From assembly GCA_963774265.1 (NCBI GenBank), contig CAVZDU010000001.1, positions 480,001 through 544,000 on the forward strand: a DNA stretch of 64,000 nucleotides. The letters are read 5' to 3'. Shown piece after piece: positions 18,982 to 29,753 of the stretch. Each line of letters opens with the position of its first letter. Position 1 is the stretch's first letter. Position numbers and translations under genes: made by a program. This DNA comes from an uncultured Chloroflexia bacterium (GTDB taxonomy: Bacteria; Chloroflexota; Anaerolineae; CG2-30-64-16). Below the pieces are notes generated by a model that had not been told where the DNA came from, ran no database searches, and worked only from the letters and a program-made list of their open reading frames with translations.

Positions 18982-20018
18982 GGCGCCAAGACCGATAAAA
19001 TGGCCGTTTGAATTTCGGGGTTTGCCAATTGCCGATGATGCGAAACGACAGGCAGGGCATCGAGTAGGGAACGGGGCTCGGGTAGTGCCGGCGCGGTGGT
19101 TAAAGTCATGGCAATGCTCTTTCCGTCGACGAATGGGTAAGCTGTGCACGGCGTGTGCGGGATTTCTCGTGCGCTTTCGGCCGTCACGAGCAGGTCGCCA
19201 AAACTAACCGTGTGGTCGACCAGCGTGATGCGGTTCGCGCGAATGGTGATGCTGTAGCGGATGTCGCCGTATACTGTGTGACAGTTGACATGCCCCGGCA
19301 TCATCCCAGGCTTGTTCAATTCAGCCAGTACCGGGCTATCGGGGTGAAGTTGGCCGTAGATGGGTGAGTCCGTGAGCAAGACCCGGTTTTCCGGGAAGCC
19401 CGGGCTGTGTGCGGTTCGCTCAGCCACTTGTTGAGCATGCAACGCAGCCTCAAGTTGCTCGATAGTCGTCGCGGGTCGCGCAGGCGCCAGGCCAAGTCGT
19501 TCCAGCAGGCGGATGAACCGCCACATGAGTGAGCCGCGTGGGGCGAGGTCAATCAGTCGCGCGAGATCAGCCCCGCGGTGCGGGCTGCCGATGGTGATGA
19601 GGCGCCCTACATTGCCGCGATAAAGCGTTCCCCAGTCATCGTACATCGCCCGACTCAGGTAGTAGCGGCAGATGATACCGCCGAGGCTGTGTGCGATCAA
19701 CGTGACCTCTGCAGGACCACCGCGCGCCACGCTGTTGTCGCTGAGTTGATCGACGCTGCACAGGAGCCGATCTTCGGTTGACAGGTTTGCTCCCGCCAGC
19801 CGGCTGGCGATTTCCCGCAGGTCGCCCCGGTTGTTGTACGTCCCGTCTGGAGCGATCCCATAGTCGAAGGTGCGGATCAGGTTCGGGTCCAGATTGCCCT
19901 TTAGGATCAGACGCTGGCGAAAACCGGACTCGGTCCAGACAGAAGGCGCGCCGTCGAATCCATGCACCAGCATGATCGGGATCAGTCTTGGCACGACGCG
20001 CCTCCTTTTAGAAGTCAC
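18978..20018 (-). CDS. Alpha/beta hydrolase (PGAP1/lipase-like)
   Basis: LVHGF, nucleophile elbow AHSLGG, ITIGSPHRG, GDLLV. Confidence 0.85.
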   Translation of the reverse strand: MTSKRRRVVPRLIPIMLVHGFDGAPSVWTESGFRQRLILKGNLDPNLIRTFDYGIAPDGTYNNRGDLREIASRLAGANLSTEDRLLCSVDQLSDNSVARGGPAEVTLIAHSLGGIICRYYLSRAMYDDWGTLYRGNVGRLITIGSPHRGADLARLIDLAPRGSLMWRFIRLLERLGLAPARPATTIEQLEAALHAQQVAERTAHSPGFPENRVLLTDSPIYGQLHPDSPVLAELNKPGMMPGHVNCHTVYGDIRYSITIRANRITLVDHTVSFGDLLVTAESAREIPHTPCTAYPFVDGKSIAMTLTTAPALPEPRSLLDALPVVSHHRQLANPEIQTAILSVLAP

Positions 20019-20029
20019 GAAGATGCGAT

Positions 20030-21115
20030 TTAGGCGGCCGTGACGATCTCCTGAAGCAGTAGGGCCACGTTCGTCATATCGGCGATGGCAATATGTTCAT
20101 TCGGCGTGTGCACATCAGCCATGCCCGTGCTCAGGATAGCACAGTGGATGCCGTGCTCCGAGTAGATGTTGGCATCCGTGCCGCCGCCTGAGCTCTTGAT
20201 GATGGGGACCCAGCCCAGTTTTTTAATTGCTGCAACAGCAGCCGCCACAACAGGGTGGTCGTCGGACAGCTTGTAGGTGGTGTACATCCGCTTGATCTTC
20301 AACTCAACGCGTGCGCCGTTCTGCTCGGCCGCTTCCTGAAAAGCGAGGGCCATAGCCGCAGTCTGAGCGGCCAGCTTTTCGTCATCGCGGCTGCGCGCCT
20401 CGCCCTTGATATACACGTAGTCGGGCACGATGTTGGTGGCCACACCGCCTTGAATCAAGCCGATGTTGGCTGTGGTTTCAGCGTCAATTCGCCCAAGGGG
20501 CATGGCTGCAATTGCCTGGCTTGCCACCCGGATCGCGTTGATGCCATTTTCTGGCTCCGAGCCCGCATGGGCAGTTCGCCCGTGGACTTTGATCTCCAGG
20601 CTGTCCTGGCTCGGGGCGCTGGTGACCACCACACCCGACGGTCCGCCCGAGTCCAGGACATAGCCGCGTTTTGCGCGTAGCCTGCTCTTATCCAAAATGC
20701 GAGCGCCCTGAAGTCCCACCTCCTCGCTCACAGAGATGACAGCTTCCAGCGGTGGATGTGGCAGATCATCCTCCCTGACGGACGCAATCATTTCTAGAAT
20801 GGCTGCTACGCCGGACTTGTCGTCACCGCCGAGAATGGTCGTCCCATCGGAGTAGATGATCCCATCCCGAATCTGCGGTTTGATGCCCCGGTCCTTGCCG
20901 ACCGTGTCCATGTGTGCGCTGAGTATCAACCAATCGCCGCTGTTCGATCCGGCGAAGCGCGCGATGAGATTGTGCTGTTCGTCAGTTTCGACCTCCCCGC
21001 CGAGCGCCGAAAAGCGCCGCACGAGATCCTTGCTGATCACGCCCTCTTCGCCCGATGGGCTATCGATTGCGACCAGGTCAAGGAAGGTTTTTACAAGCCG
21101 CTGCTCATTGATCAA
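20030..21115 (-). CDS. M20 family peptidase T-like metallopeptidase
   Basis: SAHMDTV, GGDDKSG, SEEVGL, AHAG..PE.GINAI, GGGTDAN, VHTPNE. Confidence 0.92.
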   Translation of the reverse strand: MINEQRLVKTFLDLVAIDSPSGEEGVISKDLVRRFSALGGEVETDEQHNLIARFAGSNSGDWLILSAHMDTVGKDRGIKPQIRDGIIYSDGTTILGGDDKSGVAAILEMIASVREDDLPHPPLEAVISVSEEVGLQGARILDKSRLRAKRGYVLDSGGPSGVVVTSAPSQDSLEIKVHGRTAHAGSEPENGINAIRVASQAIAAMPLGRIDAETTANIGLIQGGVATNIVPDYVYIKGEARSRDDEKLAAQTAAMALAFQEAAEQNGARVELKIKRMYTTYKLSDDHPVVAAAVAAIKKLGWVPIIKSSGGGTDANIYSEHGIHCAILSTGMADVHTPNEHIAIADMTNVALLLQEIVTAA

Positions 21116-21131
21116 GATTCACCTCTGTTTA

Positions 21132-22229
21132 TCAATCTATCCAGGTAATGCGGCCCGCATCACGGGTTTCATAGCCGCCCAGCGCTTCAATCGCCGCGCG
21201 ACCCTCGACAGAAGCCAGCCATGCGGCGAGCGCTTGCACCGGAGGTAGGGACCAGGAATCCGCGGGGATAATCAGGTCATACGGTTCGGTGGTCAGTCGG
21301 ACGAAACCTAAACCATAGGCGATGGCGGCGGCTTCGATGCCGAGGCCGACGTTTGCCTGATCTTCAGCAACCGCGCGTGCAACTTCTGCGTGCGTTGTGA
21401 CTTCACGGTTGTAACCTGGCACAGCCGAGATGTCCACCCCGGCGCGCCGCAGTTGGGCGTCGAGCCAGACGCGCGTGCCTGTACCACGCTGGCGGTTGAC
21501 GAAGCGGACGCCGGCCCGGGCAAGATCGGCCAGAAAGGTCAGGTTCAAGGGGTTGCCTGGTGGCGTGATCAGCCCCAACCGGCGATGGGCCATAGTAAGC
21601 AGCGCCACCCTGCGGCCAGGCAGTAGCCGGCGAATGAAGGGTGCGTTGTACGTGTCGCTTTCCTGATCCCACAAGTGGCTGCCCGCGATTTCGGCCGTTC
21701 CTTCCGCCAGCGCGATCAGACCGCCGAGACTCCCGGTGTAAGCGACGTGCAAGCTCCACCCCGCGCAAAGCTCGCCGAAGTGCGCGGCGACCAGTGAAAC
21801 CGCGGGATCGTGGCTGCCAGCAAAGCGGAGGATCTGCGCACTGGTGTCCGGGATTGCGACCGACAGCGCGCGCCAGCGGTCGAGGGCCGCCCGGAACCCA
21901 CTCTCTGTCTCCGCGATCGTATAGCCGGCCGAGAGCATCTCCAACAGGAACGCCTCGGCCTGATGCACAACGGTTGCGCGACGAAGTGGCGTTTCGCCGG
22001 CTAAGGCTGACGGTGCGCTGCCGATGTGTGTGCCCTGGCCGGGCCGGCTCACTGCAATGCCCTGCCGCGCCAATTCCTTGTAGGCCTGCTGAACGGTGCC
22101 TGGCGTACACTTCCATCTTTCGGCCATCTCGCGCACAGACGGCAGCGTGGCGCCTGGGCGCAGCCGTCCCTCCAGCAGCTCCTGCCGGATGGCTTCGGCG
22201 ATTTGCAGGTAGAGCGGTCGTTTCTCCAT
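21132..22229 (-). CDS. GntR-family regulator fused to a molybdate-type periplasmic-binding-protein (PBP) domain
   Basis: PLYLQIAE..LPSVREMA HTH; GSHD, GSLGGLIAL, AGSHL, FVNRQRGTGTR. Confidence 0.85.
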   Translation of the reverse strand: MEKRPLYLQIAEAIRQELLEGRLRPGATLPSVREMAERWKCTPGTVQQAYKELARQGIAVSRPGQGTHIGSAPSALAGETPLRRATVVHQAEAFLLEMLSAGYTIAETESGFRAALDRWRALSVAIPDTSAQILRFAGSHDPAVSLVAAHFGELCAGWSLHVAYTGSLGGLIALAEGTAEIAGSHLWDQESDTYNAPFIRRLLPGRRVALLTMAHRRLGLITPPGNPLNLTFLADLARAGVRFVNRQRGTGTRVWLDAQLRRAGVDISAVPGYNREVTTHAEVARAVAEDQANVGLGIEAAAIAYGLGFVRLTTEPYDLIIPADSWSLPPVQALAAWLASVEGRAAIEALGGYETRDAGRITWID

Positions 22230-22234
22230 AGTCC

Positions 22235-23731
22235 TCAGGCGGAGTCTCGGTCCATCGTACACCCCGGTTCCGTCACCTCCACCGCGCCGATCTCCTCTGC
22301 GGTGTGATTCAGGAGACGAGTCGCGAAGCGAATGAAGGCATCAACGTCCGCGAAATTGGAGGCCACCCCGACCGAGATGCGCACAGCACTCACATCGCGG
22401 CCGAAGTGCGATTTCATCTCTCGGCGCAGCTCCTGGAATGAGAGAGGTGTGGCCGACGCGAAGAACGAGCGCATGATCTCAGGACCCAATCCGTGAGCCA
22501 CCTCACCCGCGCCGGGGTTGCAGAAACAGCCTGTGCGCAAGGAGATGCGCTGGTGATTAGCCAACTCCTCGATGCGCCGGTCATCCAGCGCGCGGCCGTC
22601 GCGGTCAAAGAATGTCATGGTCACTGTGCCGCCGCGGGCGATCAGGTTACGCGGGCCGTGAATTTCGACCAGTGGCTGGCCCGAGTGATGTTGGAGCTCA
22701 GACAGGCTGCCTATCAGCCAGCCGGCCAGGCACATCACCCGGTCGTGGATCTGATCCATTCCCACCGACGCCAGATGGCGCAAACCGATTTCCACCGCCG
22801 GGATGTTCAGGTAGTTGACCGTACCATCCTCGAAGCCCGCCTCGCCGGAGGCCAGGTAGTATCCGTCACCCTGCACGGATGAGATGGTGATGGTGCCGCC
22901 CGCATACCAGGGCCGTTTCAGCTTCGCCAGCGCCTCTTTGCGGGCCAGGAGGCACCCCATTCCTGTAGGGTAACCGAACATCTTGTAGAAAGACAGCGGC
23001 ACGAAGTCTGGTTGCCAGCGTGCCAGGTCGAGACGGTTGGAGGGCGCAAAGGCTGCCGCGTCGACGAGCACATCCCAACCGCGCTCATGTGCATAGGCAA
23101 TCAACTCCAGCGGGTGTTGCACGCCTGAGAAGTTCGATTGCGCCGGGAACGCGAACAAGTTCGCCGTGCTGGGCCCCGGCGCGTTGAGTTCCGCTTTCAG
23201 CCCGTCCATGTCGATGCGCAGCTCGGGCGCGACAACTGGCGCATAGGTGAACTCCGCGCCGTTGTGCCGGGCAAATTCGCGGATGCCGTTGACCGAGTTG
23301 TGATTATCGAACGTCAGCAGGTAGCGGGTGCCTGGCTCGAAAGGATACGCTTCCCCAACCAGCTTGAGAGCGTTGCTGGCGTTCGTTGTGAAGACAACCA
23401 CGTACTCTCCAGGCGGCGCGTTGAAGTATTCCAGAACATAATGCCGCGCATCGTCGATGAGACAGGTCATCGCCTGTGACGTCGGGTTATTCGAGTGCGG
23501 GTTGCCGAAGACGTTGCGCGCCAACAGGTTCAGGTGGTCGCGGAGTTGGCTCTCGGCGTACAGGCCGCCCCCGGTGTAGTCCAGGTACACCTGGCCCGTG
23601 GCATCCAGGCGGCCGTATTCTCTTTCGCGCAAGTCATCCAAAGGCCGCGTTGCCTCGTACGCGGGATATGCCTGCAGGAACTCCGAATAGGCCGTCTTGT
23701 TCACAAAGCGATCACTCGCGACTTGGGTCAC
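22235..23731 (-). CDS. Class V aminotransferase resembling the NifS-like domain of molybdenum cofactor sulfurase
   Basis: YLDYTGGGLY, GNPHS, DNHNSVNGIRE, FPAQSNFSG, SFYKMFGYPTG, LRTGCFCNPG. Confidence 0.85.
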   Translation of the reverse strand: MTQVASDRFVNKTAYSEFLQAYPAYEATRPLDDLREREYGRLDATGQVYLDYTGGGLYAESQLRDHLNLLARNVFGNPHSNNPTSQAMTCLIDDARHYVLEYFNAPPGEYVVVFTTNASNALKLVGEAYPFEPGTRYLLTFDNHNSVNGIREFARHNGAEFTYAPVVAPELRIDMDGLKAELNAPGPSTANLFAFPAQSNFSGVQHPLELIAYAHERGWDVLVDAAAFAPSNRLDLARWQPDFVPLSFYKMFGYPTGMGCLLARKEALAKLKRPWYAGGTITISSVQGDGYYLASGEAGFEDGTVNYLNIPAVEIGLRHLASVGMDQIHDRVMCLAGWLIGSLSELQHHSGQPLVEIHGPRNLIARGGTVTMTFFDRDGRALDDRRIEELANHQRISLRTGCFCNPGAGEVAHGLGPEIMRSFFASATPLSFQELRREMKSHFGRDVSAVRISVGVASNFADVDAFIRFATRLLNHTAEEIGAVEVTEPGCTMDRDSA

Positions 23732-23782
23732 GACGGTGTGTCCCCCTTTCCAAAGGTATCGTAGAGACTTTGCATACTGCTG

Positions 23783-25591
23783 CTATTTGTCCGCAACGAG
23801 CGTCTCCAAACGATCTACGAAACCGGTCAACACCTCAAACGCGGCCTCGACCGGTTCTGGTGTGGTCATATCGACGCCCGCGAGCTTGAGCGCGTCGACC
23901 GGGTAAAGGGCGTTGCCGGACTTGAGAAAGCTCAGGTAGTTATCCACCGCGCCCGGCGTCCCCGAACGAATGCGACGGGCCAGCGCATTCGCTGCCGAGA
24001 TGCCGGTAGCATACTGGAAAACATAGTAGTCGACGTAAAGGTGCGCGAAGGTGGCCCAGGTGATGCCGACACGTGGCCGATCGACATGCACCTCACCGCC
24101 GTAACCCTCGCTGAACAGATCGGTCATCAGTTCGATCATGTCATCTGCGCTCATGCCCTCGCCGCGTTCTTCGCGTTGGTGGACTTCCAGCTCGAAGCGC
24201 GCCAGAGTCGGCATGATGAAGAAGTAGCGGTGGAAGTTCGACATGGCCTCTTCAATGACTGCCAGTTGGAACGCCGGGTCATCGACGGTGTCGAGCAGGT
24301 GGGCGCGCACCATTGCCTGGTGGAAGTTCGAGGCGGTTTCTGCGACGAACATCCCGTATTCAGAATAGAGCACAGGTTGGTTCTGCCAGGTGAGGTACGA
24401 GTGCATGGAATGGCCTAACTCATGCGCGAGGGTGCTCATGCTGAACACCTCATCAGTGTAGGTCATCATGATGAACGGATGCGTCCCAAGTGCACCAGAT
24501 GAGAAAGCCCCGCCTTGCTTACCGTGGTTCGGGTACACATCGACCCAACGATCCGTCGTGCACCCGCGGCGCACAGTCTCGACGTATTCTCGTCCCAGCG
24601 GCGCCAGACCCTCGCAGATCAGCTCGACGCCGCGCGCATACTGCACCTTGGGCTGGTTGCCAGAAAGCGGCGCCCAGATGTCGTAGGGATGAAGTTCTGC
24701 GACCCCCAAGGCCTTGCGGCGCACGCGCCAGTAGCGTCGCCATGTGGGCAGGTTCTTCTTGAAGACATCGATCAGATTATAGAACACCGCGGACGGGATG
24801 TTCCACGGGAAGAGCGCCAGGTCGAGGGTGGACTCGTGGCGTCGGGCGCGCATTTTGAAGACGTTTGCCTTCACTGAAGTCATGAGGTTTGACGCCTGGG
24901 TGTTCTTGAAGGCCAGGAAGGTGTCATTGTAGCCTTCCCATGCGGTCCGTCGCGCCTCACGATCGGGACTGGCCAGAATCCCGGGCAGGTTGCCGCTAGA
25001 GACGGACAGCTCTTTTCCGTCTCCTCCCTTGGCCGGCGGATACTTGAAGTCCGCGTCGACCATAAGGCTATGCGTTTGCTCGACATTGCCGAACGGATCG
25101 GAGGCCATGCCCAGCAGTTCCTCGACCTCCGCGGATCGGACGTGAGCTTGCCGGCGGAGGAGATCATCAACATAGTGTTCCAGGTACGCCAGTTTTGGCT
25201 CTTCGGCAAGCCATCTGCGGAGCGTCTCTACGCCGATGGCCAGCAACTCGGGGTCAACGAAGGCCATGGCCGCCGCAGCCAGGCCGTGGAGCCCGTTTGC
25301 GCGGCTGTAGCGCTTCGCGGCATCCGCATTGGTGGTGTCCACCGCGTAGGCCATGCCCGCGTAGGTGCTAAGGACATAGACGCGGCGAAGGAGTTCTTGC
25401 ACAGCGGCCAACGCTTCAACGACTAGCGGCGATCCTTCCGCCAGCCTGCCCTGGTAGCGCTTGACGTCGTTCACCGCCGCATGCACACCGGCCGCTTCGG
25501 CTTCCCAATCAGACTCCGAGGCAAATACGCTTTCAGCGTTCCACTTAAAGCGCTGTTCGATTTCAGTGCGAGAGGGGAGATTCTGGGTCAT
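23783..25591 (-). CDS. pepF: Oligoendopeptidase F
   Basis: [36 protein letters not shown]. Confidence 0.93.
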   Translation of the reverse strand: MTQNLPSRTEIEQRFKWNAESVFASESDWEAEAAGVHAAVNDVKRYQGRLAEGSPLVVEALAAVQELLRRVYVLSTYAGMAYAVDTTNADAAKRYSRANGLHGLAAAAMAFVDPELLAIGVETLRRWLAEEPKLAYLEHYVDDLLRRQAHVRSAEVEELLGMASDPFGNVEQTHSLMVDADFKYPPAKGGDGKELSVSSGNLPGILASPDREARRTAWEGYNDTFLAFKNTQASNLMTSVKANVFKMRARRHESTLDLALFPWNIPSAVFYNLIDVFKKNLPTWRRYWRVRRKALGVAELHPYDIWAPLSGNQPKVQYARGVELICEGLAPLGREYVETVRRGCTTDRWVDVYPNHGKQGGAFSSGALGTHPFIMMTYTDEVFSMSTLAHELGHSMHSYLTWQNQPVLYSEYGMFVAETASNFHQAMVRAHLLDTVDDPAFQLAVIEEAMSNFHRYFFIMPTLARFELEVHQREERGEGMSADDMIELMTDLFSEGYGGEVHVDRPRVGITWATFAHLYVDYYVFQYATGISAANALARRIRSGTPGAVDNYLSFLKSGNALYPVDALKLAGVDMTTPEPVEAAFEVLTGFVDRLETLVADK

Positions 25592-25603
25592 GGTTGCCTT
25601 TCA

Positions 25604-26485
25604 TCAGGGTTCGAATTCGTATTCGTTGGAATCGCACACCGGCCGGTAGCCGATGCGTTGGTAGATGCTGTTGGAGGTCGGGTTCGCCAGGTCGGTGTAC
25701 AGGGTGCAGAATTCCCAGCCAGCATCGAGCAATTGCTGGCTCAGCGCTGCCACGCACACGGACGCATAGCCACGGTTGCGGAGCGCGCGCGGGGTATATA
25801 CCAGGTTCACGGTGATGCCATGGCTGGAAGGTCGTGACTTGGCAGCCATGGAGACGGGCCGGCCTTCGTCCTCCCAAATGAACAGATCACCGCTGTTGAT
25901 CCGTCGCTTCGCAAGATCGCGCGCCTCGGTTGCGCTGCTGGACAGGTTTGCATCGCAGTTGAAACTGACGATCCAGTCTGCCAGCAAATCAGCCTCGTCG
26001 TCGCGTGCGGAGCGGAGATGACCGGACACACCTGCCGGTGGCGTTACCTGGCGCAGTTCGTAGATCCGTAGGCTCATGCCTGGTTTGAACGGTTTGCCGG
26101 TGCGATCCTGCCACAGTTGCGCAAAGGCCAGCGCTGCCGTCGAGTGTGCCGTGACCCCGGGAATATGTCCCAGTGGACTCTCTGGCGGAAAGCCGGCCGT
26201 GTAGTCGAGGAGGTCGTCGAGAATCAAACGGAGCGGCGCAGGGTCGGCCAGCGCGCTATACACGATCACGCGATTAGGCGGAGTACGGACGGCGGCGGCC
26301 ACTAAGCGGTCGTCCACATCCACGGTGGCGAAATAGGCGGGGAACTTGGCCTGTTCGGGGTGCTCTGCGACTCGGGTTGCGATGCCAACGATCAGGTTGT
26401 TGGCCACCTCTTCGACCTCAAGCGGCGTACGCGCACGCCTCAGAAAGTCCACAGCGCTATCGTATCGGGTCAGCTTCATCAACAT
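25604..26485 (-). CDS. GNAT family N-acetyltransferase
   Basis: VYTP..LRNRGYAS, LYTDLANPTSNSIYQRIGY. Confidence 0.88.
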   Translation of the reverse strand: MLMKLTRYDSAVDFLRRARTPLEVEEVANNLIVGIATRVAEHPEQAKFPAYFATVDVDDRLVAAAVRTPPNRVIVYSALADPAPLRLILDDLLDYTAGFPPESPLGHIPGVTAHSTAALAFAQLWQDRTGKPFKPGMSLRIYELRQVTPPAGVSGHLRSARDDEADLLADWIVSFNCDANLSSSATEARDLAKRRINSGDLFIWEDEGRPVSMAAKSRPSSHGITVNLVYTPRALRNRGYASVCVAALSQQLLDAGWEFCTLYTDLANPTSNSIYQRIGYRPVCDSNEYEFEP

Positions 26486-26550
26486 CTCCCCTTGTCCCCT
26501 CAAGATGTTTTTCGCCACATTCTTCGTGGTAGCTACTTTCGTGACCCCGG

Positions 26551-28352
26551 TCATTTTTTTGATTTTAGCGCGGTGACGTCGGTCATCATTTCCGTGACGC
26601 TGACGCGGCCGGATTCGGTATCTGCCCCCATCATCCTGGCCAATTCCGTGACGCGCGAGTCGTTCGTCAGGTGATGCACCTCGGTGATGGTGCGGCCATC
26701 GGTCACGTGCTTGGCGACGTGATAGTGGACATCGCCATAGGCCGCCAACTGTGGCAGGTGAGTGATGCACAACACCTGGTGGCGAATTTCGCCTGCATTA
26801 CTTGTCGCAGCCCTCGCGCCGTTGTGAACCGTCAGTTCCCACAGCTTTCGCCCGACGGTGCCGCCGACGCGCCCGCCGATACCCTGGTCTATCTCGTCGA
26901 AGATGAGCGTCGGTGTCTCATCAGCGCGGCCTAGCACGGTCTTGAGTGCCAGCATCAGCCGCGAGGTCTCGCCGCCCGAGGCGACCCTGGCGAGGGGCCG
27001 TAGTGGTTCCCCGGGATTGGCTGAAACCAGGAATGCGACTGCGTCCAGGCCGTGTGTATCGAAGGTGTAACGGTCAGGGTTGACCTTGATTCGTGTAGCC
27101 GAATCGGGGTCAACGATGGCGCCGCTGGGATCCGGGGTCCACTGGAGGCTGACCGCGAAGCGTGCGCGCACCATGTGGAGGTCGGCTAACTCCGCTTCGA
27201 TCGCCTGGGCCATGCGATCGCCTGCTAAGCGCCGGGCCCCAGAGAGCTCCGCACCCCGCCGGCCCAGGTCCGCCAGCAACTGGCCCTCCTCCGCCTCCAA
27301 CTGGCCGATGCGCTCCTCCGCGTGGCTGATGGTCTCTAGCTCCTGAGCCGCCCTGTCAGCATAGCTAAGCACGTCATCGATGGTGTCGCCATATTTTCGC
27401 TGTAGGGAGTGGATCAAGTGCAGCCTCTCCTCGACCTGTTCGAGGCGTCGCGGGTTGAATTCGATCGTATCGCGGTAGTGCGTCAGCGCGCGGGAGATAT
27501 CGTCCAGGAGTGCGGTGGCCTCGCCCAGTTGCTGCAGAAGCGGCGCAGCGGCCGGGTCGATACGCGCGAGCCGCGAGAGCGCTTGTTCGGCGGAGCCGAG
27601 CGCATCGAGCGCACCGGGCTGCCCGTCATCCGCGCCGGCCAGGTGCAGGCTTGCCTCTCCGCTCAGTTCTGACAACTGCTCGGAGTTTGCCAGCCGGCGG
27701 CGCTCGGCGTCGAGATCCCCTCTTCACCAGCATTGAGCTTCGCGCTGCCGATCTCTTCGACCTGGTAACTGAGTAGATCGATGCGCCGCGCACGTTCGCG
27801 CTCGTCTTGTCGCAGGCTTTCCAGTTCCCTGCGTACGGCGCGGACTCGGCGAACCAGCTCGGCGACAGCCGAGACTTTTCCCCCGAGCCCCGCGTAGCGG
27901 TCGAGCAGGTTGACATGTTCACGTTCGTGCAGCAGAGAGAGATGCTCGCCCTGTCCATGGACGTCAACCAGGAGACCGCCGATATCGCTCAGCAGCGCAG
28001 TGGTCACCGAACGTCCATTGACGCGTGCGACGGAGCGGCCGTTCACGCGCACCTCACGTGCAAGAATCACCTCGTCGCCTTGGTCGCCTTCTAATCCGTT
28101 CTCGGCCAGCAAGGGGGTCACCTTGGCGGCCACCGTGGGGTCGAGATGAAACCTGCCCTCAACCTCGGTGCGGTCGGCTCCCGCCCGGACGACTTCTTGT
28201 GATGCGCGATCGCCGAGCAGTAAGTTAACCGCATCGATGATGATCGACTTGCCCGCGCCCGTTTCACCGGTCAAAACATTGAAACCAGGGCCGAAGGTCA
28301 GGTCAAGCCGGTCGATGATGGCAAGATCGCGAATACGCAATTCGTTAAGCAC
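26551..28352 (-). CDS. recN: DNA repair protein RecN (frameshift near 27718)
   Basis: LTGETGAGKSIIIDA, DVHGQ, ASGGETSRLMLALK, LIFDEIDQGIGG, CITHLPQ. Confidence 0.93.
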
Positions 28353-28364
28353 GAGTTACTAGCC

Positions 28365-28877
28365 CTAAAGGATTCTTGCGTAGAGTGTACTGGCTGCCAG
28401 TGCTCCGAACAACATGACGCTCAATCGCAAGAACATACCCGGGAACCCGACCAGAATGAAGCCTATCGCCAGCAGACCCACCACGAACGCTGCTGCAGCA
28501 GCCACCTTCATTCCTTGGACACGCCGCTTGCGCAGGCCGCGCCGGATCACTTCGGCGACGGCTCCGCCTGCTGCTGGGCCGGCGATAAACGCGATGATGA
28601 AGCTGAAGAAGCCAAGGAGACCGATGAATAAGTAGGCCAGCGCGCCAAAAACAGCGCCTAACACCGCAGCGATAAGTACACCGAGCGGTATGTCGTATCC
28701 TTCCCCGTTGTAGTACTTCGCCCGCTGCGCCCTTACGCACTCACGGCAGCGATAACCAACGGGCGTTTGTACTGCGCATTGGTAACAAATGGGCTTCTCG
28801 CAGCGGTTGCAGCGAAGTAGCGTCTCCCGGTCAGGGTGGTTTGTGCAGTAAAGGGGCGACGTCCCTGGTTGCGTCAT
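28365..28877 (-). CDS. B-box-like zinc finger membrane protein
   Basis: C..HPDRET..RC.RC..PIC..C....PVGYRC.EC followed by 4 TM helices. Confidence 0.75.
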   Translation of the reverse strand: MTQPGTSPLYCTNHPDRETLLRCNRCEKPICYQCAVQTPVGYRCRECVRAQRAKYYNGEGYDIPLGVLIAAVLGAVFGALAYLFIGLLGFFSFIIAFIAGPAAGGAVAEVIRRGLRKRRVQGMKVAAAAAFVVGLLAIGFILVGFPGMFLRLSVMLFGALAASTLYARIL

Positions 28878-28898
28878 TTTGTTCGCCTTTCCCCTCTC

Positions 28899-29749
28899 CT
28901 AGGCTCTCCAGCGGAGTCGATCCATCAGGGTCCGATAGAAATAGGCACGATCCTGGACGTGCACGAAATGCGAGACGTGGCGGCTGGCGCACACCTCCAC
29001 CCGGTCCCCTTCGGCCAGCGTGATTTCAAACTGCCCGTCTACGGTGAGGATGGGAGCATAATCGCCGTGCGCCTCCAGTCCGACTGTTGCGCCCTGCGCC
29101 AGGACGATGGGCCTGTCGAGGCTCAGGTGTGGGCAAATAGGGATGACAAGGATATTCTTAAGCTCAGGCGGGAGGATCGGACCCCCGGCGGCCAGCGCGT
29201 AGCCGGTGCAGCCTGTGGGGGTTGACACAATCACCCCATCGGCCCGATAAGTAGTCAGGTAGCTCTGGTCGACCCAGGTCTGCACGGTGACGATGCGCGC
29301 GAGGCCGCCACGGCTGATCACAACATCATTGATCGCCAGGTAGGAATGGTTGACCGGAGGCTTGCCGGAGCGCGTGACAGCCACATCGAGCAGCATGCGC
29401 TCTTCCAACCAATACTCACCCAAGAGGATCTGCCCCAGTGGCCGTTCCCAGTCTTCAGGTGCAATTTCGGCCAGGAAGCTGACGCGGCCGAGCTTGACGC
29501 CAACCAGGGGAATGGCATCGCTGCCGCCGATGCGCGCTGCGCGCGCAACATGGTGCCGTCGCCGCCCAAGGCAACAAGAATGTCCAGGTTCTGGAGATGG
29601 GCGAAAGCCTCTGGCTCGTCCCAGGCAGAGCCGATCCATACCGTGCAACCACGTGCTTGAAGGAACTCCCGCATCTGCTCGGCCAGAGGTCCGCTTTCGG
29701 GCTTCTTTGGGTGGCACAGGATACCGAAGTGTCGCGGAGGATTTTGCAT
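28899..29749 (-). CDS. nadK: NAD kinase (frameshift near 29545)
   Basis: LGGDGTMLR, AINDVV, ADGVIVSTPTG.TGYALAAGGP, VDGQ. Confidence 0.92.
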
Positions 29750-29753
29750 GATC

